DNA of 64,000 nucleotides. Source: a virus. The notes under the pieces are model-generated. The model was not told where the DNA came from and searched no databases. It saw only the letters and a list, made by a program, of their open reading frames with translations. The DNA lies in IMG/VR virus record IMGVR_UViG_3300046001_006524, positions 5,205 to 69,204 of that record. One strand, 5' to 3'. Made by a program: the position numbers and the translations under genes. Positions 1-8,800 of this stretch are shown here, one piece after another (positions within the stretch are counted from its first letter, which is position 1; every line of letters begins with the position of its first letter).

Positions 1-2
1 CT

Positions 3-473
3 TTTGATGGTGCTAAATTAACCACACTTTACAAATACCAAATAAAAGGTTATTGTTGGTTAGATAATAAGACTAAGGGTGAATTGTGCTATTGCTTATT
101 AAATAACCCCTTAAATCAAATCATAGAAGCTATTAAGAGTATTTATTACCGATTAGGTACGCCAGACGATGACAACGAAGATTTTATTGAAGCAAAGCAA
201 TCCGTAGAAAGGAATATGATATTCGACAAGCAAACTTTTTTGGATATGCAAGACAGAGATGGAAATTACCTAAATAGAAATTATGATTTTGAGAATAGGG
301 ATTGGAAATATGACATTCACCCGATAAATAGGGTTAAACGTTTTGACGTGGAATTATATCCTGGTGATATTAAAGATATAATATCAAGGGTACTATTATC
401 AAGAGAGTACTTAATGGAAAAAGAATTAGTTGAATTAAATAAAATAGCAGATTATGAACGAAGAAGAAATTGA
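3..473 (+). CDS. C-terminal part of a YqaJ/lambda-exonuclease-like recombination nuclease, 5' truncated by the window
   Basis: Frame is open from position 3 (FDGAKLTTLYKYQIKGYCWLDNKTKGELCYCL). The YxxQxxGYxWL motif is typical of this family, and an SSB-like gene lies downstream. Confidence 0.6.
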   Translation, partial: FDGAKLTTLYKYQIKGYCWLDNKTKGELCYCLLNNPLNQIIEAIKSIYYRLGTPDDDNEDFIEAKQSVERNMIFDKQTFLDMQDRDGNYLNRNYDFENRDWKYDIHPINRVKRFDVELYPGDIKDIISRVLLSREYLMEKELVELNKIADYERRRN

Positions 474-1170
474 AATTTGGAAAGATATTTTAGGATATGA
501 AGATAAGTATCAAGTGAGTAGTTTAGGGAGGGTTAAATCTTTAAATTTTAAAAACACTAAAACACAACGATTATTAAAACTTAATAGGGTAACAAAGGGT
601 TATTTATCTGTTCAGTTATGTAAAGATGGAAAGCAAAAATATTTTGAAGTACACCAGTTAGTCGCTATGGCATTTCTTAATCACATACGCTGTGGTCATA
701 GAATAATTGTTGACCATAAAGATAACGTTAGAGCGAATAATAGACTTGATAATCTACAATTATTAACTAATAGAGAGAATGTTGTAAAAGAAATTGACAG
801 AACAAAAACCACATCAAAATATACAGGAGTTACAATTTCTAAACCTTCAGGTAAATGGGTTTCAAAAACAACCGTAAACGGAAAAACAAAAGTCTTAGGG
901 TATTTTAATACTGAAGCTGAAGCGAGTGAGTATTATCAGAACGCTTTAATAGCTATTAATAACGGAACTGAAATTTGTGTAAAAGTGACAAGAAAGCCAT
1001 TAACAAGCGAATATAAAGGTGTGTGTTGGAGTAAGGAAGTAAAAAAATGGAAGTCAGAAATTCAATTTAAAGGAAATTTAAAGCGATTAGGATTTTTTAA
1101 CTTAGAGCGTGACGCTCATTTAGCATACCAAAAAGAATTAGAAGTATTAACATTAATAAATTCAAAATAA
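454..1170 (+). CDS. NUMOD4-HNH-AP2x2 homing endonuclease
   Basis: EIWKDILGYEDKYQVSSLGRVKS (NUMOD4), VDHKDNVRANNRLDNL (HNH), and two AP2-like repeats (SKYTGV..KW..LGYF / SEYKGV..KW..LGFF). Confidence 0.88.
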   Translation: MNEEEIEIWKDILGYEDKYQVSSLGRVKSLNFKNTKTQRLLKLNRVTKGYLSVQLCKDGKQKYFEVHQLVAMAFLNHIRCGHRIIVDHKDNVRANNRLDNLQLLTNRENVVKEIDRTKTTSKYTGVTISKPSGKWVSKTTVNGKTKVLGYFNTEAEASEYYQNALIAINNGTEICVKVTRKPLTSEYKGVCWSKEVKKWKSEIQFKGNLKRLGFFNLERDAHLAYQKELEVLTLINSK

Positions 1171-1172
1171 CA

Positions 1173-1427
1173 ATGATAATAATAGACGAAAATTACAGAA
1201 TTGAAAATGACGTAAATAATTTCATTTTAAAATATGAAAAACGAAATGGAATTATAAACGAGAAAACAGGAAAAGAAACAACATCATCTGATGAATGGTA
1301 TTTTCCAAATATTAAACTTGCCTTAATAAAATATTTTAATGAAAGTTTAAAAACACCTGAAACTATAACCGAAGTTTTGGATGAAATAAAAAGAGTAGAA
1401 ACATTAATATCAAAAATGAAATTTTAG
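1173..1427 (+). CDS. hypothetical phage protein
   Basis: 84-aa ORF tightly packed in the (+) operon. Confidence 0.6.
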   Translation: MIIIDENYRIENDVNNFILKYEKRNGIINEKTGKETTSSDEWYFPNIKLALIKYFNESLKTPETITEVLDEIKRVETLISKMKF

Positions 1428-1553
1428 TAAAATGAAAACAGTAGAGCAAGTTAAAGAAGAAATGATTAAAGACATTAAACGTGAGATTGAACATCTTACG
1501 GAAAGATTAGAAGAAAATAACACAAAATTAGGAATTTTAAATAGAAGTAAATT

Positions 1554-1928
1554 ATGAGTTTAGAAATTAAGGGAGTTTTAGAAAAGTTTTTACCTGTACA
1601 ATCTGGTGAAAAAAAAGACGGTAGCGGAACTTGGTCAAAACAGAGCTTTTTAGTACGCACAACAGAAGAATACAATAACCTTTATTGCCTTGAAGTTTTT
1701 GGCGATGATAAGGTTGCTAATTTAACGAAATTTCAAAAGGTAGGTGATGATATTAAAGTAATTTTTAATGTCAATACAAGTGAATGGCAAGGTAGATATT
1801 TTACTTCATTAAGTGTTTATAGAATTGAGCCTGCAAATAGCGGTACTGCATTGGATAATATGCCAAGTAAAACATCAGGTGCTACTTCGCAAAGTACTGA
1901 AGATGAACCAGATGACTTACCGTTTTGA
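1554..1928 (+). CDS. single-stranded DNA-binding protein (DUF3127-like, Bacteroidota type)
   Basis: OB-fold-like core (W.KQ.F..T.E.Y; EWQGRYFTSL) and an acidic tail ending DDLPF. Confidence 0.85.
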   Translation: MSLEIKGVLEKFLPVQSGEKKDGSGTWSKQSFLVRTTEEYNNLYCLEVFGDDKVANLTKFQKVGDDIKVIFNVNTSEWQGRYFTSLSVYRIEPANSGTALDNMPSKTSGATSQSTEDEPDDLPF

Positions 1929-1963
1929 TAACTAACTATAAATCAATACTTTAAGTACTACTT

Positions 1964-2215
1964 ATGAACATTTTAGTAATACACGAATTAGATTATTCCG
2001 ATGACAAAACATCTGTTATCGGAGTAGCTGATTCAGTCGAAAAAGCCAATAAATTAATAGACGAATATTATGGCGAATTTAAACAAATCTCTTATACTGA
2101 TATTCGAGATTCCAATTTGGAATATGACAAGGTAATTGATGTGTTTGACGTTGAATATGAGCGTACCTACACCTACAAATTAAGTTTAGAATGGTTTACC
2201 TTAAATGAATTATGA
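1964..2215 (+). CDS. hypothetical acidic phage protein
   Basis: 83-aa ORF with an ATGA overlap to the next ORF. Confidence 0.55.
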   Translation: MNILVIHELDYSDDKTSVIGVADSVEKANKLIDEYYGEFKQISYTDIRDSNLEYDKVIDVFDVEYERTYTYKLSLEWFTLNEL

Positions 2216-2406
2216 CCGTAGCTGATTTCCAATATTACGAGAATTACAAAGCACAATTGCGAAAATTTATATTTTCAGAGAAAAGCCTTAGAACCAAAGA
2301 TTACATTCGTTTAAACGATGAAATTAGAAATGTGGACTTGCATTTACAAAAAAGTCAAAAAATTTTTGAACAAATTAGTATAAATAATGTGTACTGTAAG
2401 TATTAA
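2212..2406 (+). CDS. hypothetical phage protein
   Basis: 64-aa ORF with coupled start/stop. Confidence 0.5.
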   Translation: MTVADFQYYENYKAQLRKFIFSEKSLRTKDYIRLNDEIRNVDLHLQKSQKIFEQISINNVYCKY

Positions 2407-2411
2407 TTGTT

Positions 2412-2419
2412 TATATTTG
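2412..2419 (+). promoter_or_regulatory. Bacteroidota sigma-ABfr -7 promoter element (TATATTTG) for the replication operon
   Basis: Exact TAnnTTTG match in the intergenic gap, overlapped by two palindromes at 2377-2395 and 2399-2417. Confidence 0.75.
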
Positions 2420-2420
2420 T

Positions 2421-2503
2421 AAGGTGAGTACAAGCACATTTAAGATTTTTTTTATAAAACCTACGATGAAGCTGTCTTGTACCAGTTGATTCGTGGGTTT
2501 TTT
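2421..2503 (+). ncRNA. putative cis-regulatory leader RNA (kissing loop plus terminator-like hairpin)
   Basis: GTG/CAC hairpin with loop GTACAAG (2428-2434). Second hairpin AAAACCTACGA/TCGTGGGTTTT with inner stem AGCTG/CAGTT and loop CTTGTAC (2476-2482), ending in a T-run. Confidence 0.6.
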
Positions 2504-2512
2504 CATATAATT

Positions 2513-3430
2513 ATGGCAAGACCAAATAAAATGGGATTAGAATATTATCAGTTTGATACAGATATATTCCTCGATAGAAAAGTAAGAAGATTAATAAAGA
2601 GTTTTAATTCAGACGGATTTTTAACATACATTTTTGTATTGACAGAAATTTACAGAGATAAAGGATTCTATATTTTATGGAATAATGACATTTCATTCGA
2701 TGTGTCAGACCAATTAAATATTCCTGAAAATTTAATAAACGAGATTATAAATTTTTGTTGCGAAATAAAACTTTTCAATAAAGAGATGCTAATTCATAAT
2801 GGAATTTTAACATCAAAATCTATTCAAGAAAGGTGGTCAAAAATATCAAAAGATGCAAAACGATCCATTTGTGATGTAAAACATATTAATCCAAAATATG
2901 AGTTAATTCAGGAAGAAACCCCGAAAGTTCAGGAAGAAACCCTAAAACCTACGGAAGAAACCCTTGAAGTACCCGTAATAATGCCACAAAGTATAGTAAA
3001 GGAAACAATAGTAAAGGAAAGTATAGAAGAAAATAATAATCCTTTACCTCCAAAAAAATTAGCAATTAAAAAAGTAAAAACTTTTTCAGAAGAAGTTTAT
3101 AACTGCCTTAATGAAATTTTAAATTATTTCCCAGAACACTTACACCCCGATACTAATGCAAAAAAAGATAATTGGCTAAACACTATTAGACTTTTAAACG
3201 AAACCGATTTAATACCATTTGAAACAATTATCCAAATTGTAAAATCCGCAAGAGAAGATGGTTTTTGGAGTACGGTTTTTTTAGCACTACCAAAATTAAG
3301 AACTAACGATAAAAACGGAATTAAATATATCGTGGTACTTAATGAAAAATTCAAGAACAATATTTTAAACGACAGAAAGAATGAACTTTTTGACGAAATA
3401 ATTAACCAAAACAGAAACAATGGATTCTAA
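2513..3430 (+). CDS. replication initiator, lambda-O-like (DUF4373/Lin1244-type N-terminal domain)
   Basis: MARPNKMGLEYYQFDTDIFLDRKVRRL..LTEIYRDKGFYI..GILTSKSIQERW, with iteron repeats in the linker. ATG 2513 is preferred over TTG 2477, which lies inside the leader hairpin. Confidence 0.8.
   Translation: MARPNKMGLEYYQFDTDIFLDRKVRRLIKSFNSDGFLTYIFVLTEIYRDKGFYILWNNDISFDVSDQLNIPENLINEIINFCCEIKLFNKEMLIHNGILTSKSIQERWSKISKDAKRSICDVKHINPKYELIQEETPKVQEETLKPTEETLEVPVIMPQSIVKETIVKESIEENNNPLPPKKLAIKKVKTFSEEVYNCLNEILNYFPEHLHPDTNAKKDNWLNTIRLLNETDLIPFETIIQIVKSAREDGFWSTVFLALPKLRTNDKNGIKYIVVLNEKFKNNILNDRKNELFDEIINQNRNNGF
2911..3020 (+). repeat. iterons / probable origin of replication inside the initiator gene
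   Basis: GGAAGAAACCC at 2911, 2932 and 2953 (21-bp period), then ATAGTAAAGGAAA at 2993 and 3008. Confidence 0.7.
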
Positions 3431-3749
3431 CAAACAAACAAACGAAGTTGCGATATTCAGACAACAACAAATTACTAAAAAGCAAGAGGATGATAAATTA
3501 AAAATTATCGCCATACAAACATCTTTGATTTTCGTAATGAAAAGATTAGACGACAAAACTCTTGATATTAAATTAACTACCGAAGCAATATTTGAAACTT
3601 TCTCAAGGATGCCATTAGAAAACATAAAATTAGCCATTAAAAACGGTTCAACAGGAAAATACGGTAGAACATATAAATTAACAACCCAAGAAGTTTGCTA
3701 TTGGATTCGGGAATTTATTGAAGAAGATGTAAAATCAAGGGAATTATGA
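3420..3749 (+). CDS. hypothetical replication-module protein (possible helicase loader)
   Basis: Overlaps the initiator stop. Function inferred from position only. Confidence 0.45.
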   Translation: MDSNKQTNEVAIFRQQQITKKQEDDKLKIIAIQTSLIFVMKRLDDKTLDIKLTTEAIFETFSRMPLENIKLAIKNGSTGKYGRTYKLTTQEVCYWIREFIEEDVKSREL

Positions 3750-4195
3750 AACCGTTTCAACAACTAAAAAACCTAAAACGAATAATTAAGGATATGGAAA
3801 ACGATTTGCCATATTCTAAAAACCAGTTAAAAGATGGTAGTCGATATAATGACCTTATAGACGTACACGATTGCTTCGATGGTATGTTGGTATCAAAATG
3901 TAATACGGATGCCTCAGAAACGCTTATTTATGCCTTAATCTACGAATTACTGATGACTTATAAAGCGTATGAACAAGAAATACCATTACCAGAGATTATA
4001 AAAACCATAGATGACTGTTTTACTTACGGTGTAAATCCTAAAAAACAAGAATGTATTTCTATTCTAAAACATCACGAATTGACTAATAAAATTAAGGATA
4101 ATAGCGTGTTTGATGATGATTATGCGGATTTTAATAAAATGCTAACAGATTTAGTAACAGATTTTAAAACAAATATCCAATATGCAAAAAGTTGA
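3746..4195 (+). CDS. hypothetical phage protein
   Basis: 149-aa ORF overlapping both neighbours. Confidence 0.55.
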   Translation: MKPFQQLKNLKRIIKDMENDLPYSKNQLKDGSRYNDLIDVHDCFDGMLVSKCNTDASETLIYALIYELLMTYKAYEQEIPLPEIIKTIDDCFTYGVNPKKQECISILKHHELTNKIKDNSVFDDDYADFNKMLTDLVTDFKTNIQYAKS

Positions 4196-5024
4196 TTTAG
4201 CCTCATTTGCGCCAAAAATTGAAGTGAAAACCAACTTCAAATTAATGCTTGAAAAGACATTTGTTGATGTTACGGCAAATCTTAAAAGACCGCCATTAGC
4301 ATTGTCAATCGGAGATACGATGATGGGGCAAGAAAGATACTATGTAGAATTTGGAACATTTGGGAATTTTAGTGCGTTGGTAGGTGCTTCAAAATCTAAA
4401 AAAACATTCTTTAAATCGCTTTTGGTTGCGAGTTTTATAGGTGGAAATGCTAATAATTATGCGCCAAATATCCTATCACACAGAAACAAAGATATGTATG
4501 TTTTAGACTTCGATACAGAACAAGGAGAATGGCACTCACAACGAGCATTTAAAAGAGTTTCGCAAATTACTGGAGATTATTACGAAATGTATAAACCGTT
4601 CTATTTAAGGGAATATAGCTTTAAAGAAAGATTGGAATTTATTGAGTATTGCATCTTAGAAAGTGAATTTAGAAATAATTTAGGTTTTGTGGTTATTGAC
4701 GGATTTGCCGACTTGGTTGCTGATGTAAATAACCTTGAAAGCGCAAACCATTTAGTGCAGAAATTACTTAAATGGACTGAAATAAGCAAATGTCATTTAA
4801 CGGGCGTAATTCACTCTAATTATGGCTCTGACAAGGCTACGGGAAGTTTAGGTAGTGCTATATTAAAAAAAGCTGAAACGATTTGTATTTTGAATGTGGA
4901 TCAAAGCGATAAACTAATCACAAATGTAACTTTTCCGCAAACAAGGGGATTTCAAATAGATGATTTTTCATTCAGAATTGATGGTAACGGATTGCCAATA
5001 ATAGAAGATAATAGTAACTTTTAA
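4182..5024 (+). CDS. RecA-superfamily P-loop ATPase/helicase (AAA_25-like)
   Basis: Walker A variant GASKSKKT, FDTEQ, Walker B VVIDG, and VIHSN..GSLGS..KKAET. Confidence 0.8.
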   Translation: MQKVDLASFAPKIEVKTNFKLMLEKTFVDVTANLKRPPLALSIGDTMMGQERYYVEFGTFGNFSALVGASKSKKTFFKSLLVASFIGGNANNYAPNILSHRNKDMYVLDFDTEQGEWHSQRAFKRVSQITGDYYEMYKPFYLREYSFKERLEFIEYCILESEFRNNLGFVVIDGFADLVADVNNLESANHLVQKLLKWTEISKCHLTGVIHSNYGSDKATGSLGSAILKKAETICILNVDQSDKLITNVTFPQTRGFQIDDFSFRIDGNGLPIIEDNSNF

Positions 5025-5040
5025 CAATAAAAAAAACACT

Positions 5041-5259
5041 ATGAGAAAAACAACAAACAAAACAAACTATAAAGTAATTTATAGATACTTCGCAAGAAAT
5101 AGCGAAAGACGATTAACAAATTATACCGATTTGTTTTACACAAAAGACGAAGCGTTTACTTGGTACGAAAATTTTGGTCAGCATTTAGAAAAACGATTTG
5201 GCAGAACCTTAATTTTCAAAGAATCAAAACTTCAAATTAGTAATTTACAAATAATTTAA
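5041..5259 (+). CDS. hypothetical phage protein
   Basis: 72-aa ORF in operon. Confidence 0.5.
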   Translation: MRKTTNKTNYKVIYRYFARNSERRLTNYTDLFYTKDEAFTWYENFGQHLEKRFGRTLIFKESKLQISNLQII

Positions 5260-5263
5260 AATT

Positions 5264-5470
5264 ATGACACCAAAAGAAAAAGCTCACATTATAGTAGATA
5301 AATTTCACGATGATATTGATTTTAACTTAGTCGGTAGTCCATCGGTGAAAAGAATTGTAGCGAAAAAATGCGCCTTGATTTGCCTTGATATTATTTTGCA
5401 ACCATTTTTAATTGATTATGAAATAAGAAATCATTGGGAAGAAGTTAGAGAAGAAGTCGAAAAACTTTAA
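5264..5470 (+). CDS. small Bacteroidota-phage protein (MTPKEKA family), paralog of 53625-53846
   Basis: MTPKEKA..AKKCALI..HWEEVREEV matches MKAKEKA..ARACALI..YWQEVKQKL. Confidence 0.6.
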   Translation: MTPKEKAHIIVDKFHDDIDFNLVGSPSVKRIVAKKCALICLDIILQPFLIDYEIRNHWEEVREEVEKL

Positions 5471-5581
5471 TTTACAATTGTAAACTATGATATTCACATT
5501 AGACCAAATCGCCTTTATAATAGCACTTTCAGCGTGTGTTACAATTGTAATCTTACGCATTTTAAACGATTTTAATAACCA

Positions 5582-5779
5582 ATGATAATAAGAAAAAGAA
5601 ATAGCAAATACCTACTATGCGATATTTGGAAAATTGTAGATTGCTTTAAAAATAATCACGATAATTCTGATTCCGCCATAGCAAGAAAATTAGATTTACC
5701 AAAAACGCAAGTAACGGTTGTCACAAATAGATTCGTTGATGCGAAAATGAAAAATGTAAATGAAAAGGCGAGGGTTTAA
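5582..5779 (+). CDS. small HTH-like DNA-binding protein
   Basis: SDSAIARKLDLPKTQV HTH pattern. Confidence 0.5.
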   Translation: MIIRKRNSKYLLCDIWKIVDCFKNNHDNSDSAIARKLDLPKTQVTVVTNRFVDAKMKNVNEKARV

Positions 5780-5793
5780 TTATTCCTCGCCTT
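5765..5793. terminator. hairpin between convergent (+) and (-) operons
   Basis: AAGGCGAGG-N11-CCTCGCCTT at the convergence point. Confidence 0.7.
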
Positions 5794-5801
5794 ATTCTTA
5801 G

Positions 5802-8800
5802 TTATTGACCTCTTTTTGGTCTGTTATCTTGTTGCCCTCGTCTTTCTCTGCCTTGACCATTTGGATTCGCTGGAATTTTAACTTTTAAAGGTATGTACTC
5901 CACTCCTAACCTTGCTGCTTCTGCTCTGTAAAATAATTCATCATCTTTACTTTTCTCGGCATTTTCAGTTTTAGTTTTCGCTTTTTCCTCTTTGGTTTTT
6001 TCTTCTTTATATTCGGGATTACGTTTGCTCATTAAAATTTGCAATTCGTTTTTACTCATAGGTGTTTGACCGCCATAAACTCCCGTATTCCAACCAAACG
6101 CAGAAACAACAGTTAAGAATTGCGCTAATGCTCCTGGGTCTTCATTTTTGATTTCCTTTATAGCATCCCAATACATCGGTTTAATGTTTGCAATAGAATT
6201 TTCATCGTCATAATCTTTACCAAATGGTGTCATTCTAACCATTTCACCCGTTTCGGGGTTAAGTTTTTCTTTAGTTGAAAAATAGTTTACCAAACGAGAT
6301 GCTGAAGGTGCTAATTTATTTCTCCCAAATGAACTTACTAAATCTAATCTGTTTTGTTGCCCAAATCTTTTATCAGCCAAATCTTCTACTTTACCATCTT
6401 TTGTACTTTTCACTTGCTCTGTAATTAATCTTGCCATTAAAACTAAAACACCCATTTGACCGTGAAATAAATCCCAACGAATATTTCCAATTTTCAGTTT
6501 CATAAAATCTGAACTTCTTGGATCGGTTTCAATAGTTGCAACATCTTCATCGTCATCATCTTTTCCTGCTGCAAATTTTAAAGCGATTAGTGTTGCGCCA
6601 GTAATAGTTACAAATCGCATCATATTGTACATTGCCAATTTATTTGCTACTGATGTTTTTTTGAATTGTGCGCCATCGGTAGATGCAAAATGTAAATAAC
6701 CATAATAAATCGGATTCACTTGATTAATAACGGCAATAGCATTTTTAGCCGAGAAAAATATTACTGACAACGCTTGTGTATTTGTAGCAAGTGCTGTTGG
6801 TAAATTTGCCCTGCCCGACATTGTATTAATCGCATTTGCCAAAAGTTTATAATCTTGCAAATGGTCAATTTCATTTTTACCTTCCATTCTTAACATTTCC
6901 ACACCTCTTGCAAATTCTTCTATACGAAGTGTGTTCATATATAGCGTAGAACCTCTTTCTAATGCTCTGAATGGATTTATATTCTTCCATTGTTGCTTTG
7001 TACTCACTTTGTCTGTACCTATCTTTCCTAAGCCTGTTAATCGTTTAAATGGATTTAGGATTATATCGCCAAGTACAGATTTTTGAATGTTAGATAATTT
7101 TGTGCCTTTTTTAGATGCACCCGCTAAAGTAAATGGTAAATCCCAAGCAAAGTTCGCATAATCTCCCGTATAATTTTCTTCTCTTACATCAGATTTATAA
7201 TCAGGATTTGCTAAGGCTAATTTCGCTTTCATTGCTAAAGGATAATCAGGATGCGCTTTAATCATAGCAGCCATTTGATCTGATTTTTTTGCAGAACCAA
7301 TAGCTGTAAATAATTTACCCATAATTTTAGCCAACTCCTTAGGGTTTGTAAATTTCCTTGAAGTAGTTAAAATACCACCCTGAATTAAAACCGTAGAAAG
7401 CTCACCCGTTGCTCTTAAAATCCTTTCAATATTCCAAACCTCTAAAAGTCCGTCTAAGAATTTTCTTCCTAAACTTCTGTTTTTTAATTCGTCTTGATAT
7501 TTTTGAGCATCGAATATTTCTTGTTGCAATAATTTTTCTGCCCTTAATTTTAGCAATTCAGCATCTTCCCTTAATGGTCTTACAACTTTTTTAGCATATT
7601 CTTTAGCTTCAATCTTTCTTTTTAATTCTGTAATTTGATTTTTAACACGATTTTTAGTCGTTTTCATTCTTTGCGCTTCAACCAAACCTGCTTCAGCTCG
7701 CATATCATTCTTAATTTCAGTTAAGGCTTTCTTTTGCGCTCTTAATTCAGTAAGTTTATCAGATTGTTTTGCGTCTGGTCTTGTTTTAAACTCAACTTCA
7801 CCACTTGCAATTTCTTTTTGCAGTTTTTCAATAGATAATTCTAAAGATTTTTCTGCTCTTGCAATTAATTCTTCTTCCGTTAATTCAGGTTTACCAACCA
7901 ATTCATCTAAAATCTTTTTCTTAGCATCACGTATCGCTCTTAATTCTTTTGCTTCATCATCAAGTTTAACGGGATTTCTTTCAATTTTACGCTTTTCTCC
8001 ATTGGCAATTTGCTTATCTAAATCTTCAATTTGATTTTTAAGTTGTGTTTTTGCTCTGTCTAATGCAGATGCCCACTCTCTTTCTAAATCCGCTTCACTA
8101 AGTCCAATTTCTTTTATAAGTCTGTTTATTTCTTTACGCATTTCGCGCATTTGTTGCGTAGGTTTTGCACGTTGTAAACCACTTTTTAAAGGTCTAATTC
8201 CTTGTAAAGCATCTTCGTAAGCCGAAATTAATTTACCCACGATTTTAAGTCTTGACATTTCCGCTTGGACTTCATCTCTACTTGGATTTATTCTTTTCCC
8301 GTAACCCGTAATTGCATCACGAATATCTCTAATGTCAGCATCAGGAAATTCATCGGCAATATCTTCTTTAATTAAACCTGCAATAACGTCAATATCGGTT
8401 TCGCCTTGCTCTACATAATCTCTAAATAGTTGCGTAGGAATTACAATATTTCCTTTTTTGCCTATTTTTACGGTTGAAAGTTGAGTGACGCTAACGTCAG
8501 ATTTTCCTCCAGCTTCTTTAAATAATTGCGGTAAATGTTTTCTAACACCTTTACCTAACTCTTTTAATAACTGTTTTGAGAAATTATTAAAATCACCTTT
8601 AACACTTTTGAAGGCAAGTTGTAAATATCTTCTGAATTTTGGGTCGGCTAATAATGTAGCTACTCTTGTAATATCGTTAAAAACACCAAATAATTCCCTT
8701 CTTATTTGATTATATTCTGCCGTTTCTTCTTTTGTTAATGCCGATTTTGATTTTGAATCTTTTTTATTTGCCTTATCAATATCATCTTTAATATTTTTAA

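Noticed and set aside
2477-2512. TTG start extending the initiator N-terminus
   Set aside because: It lies within the leader hairpin. ATG 2513 has a typical context and gives the family-like MARP start.
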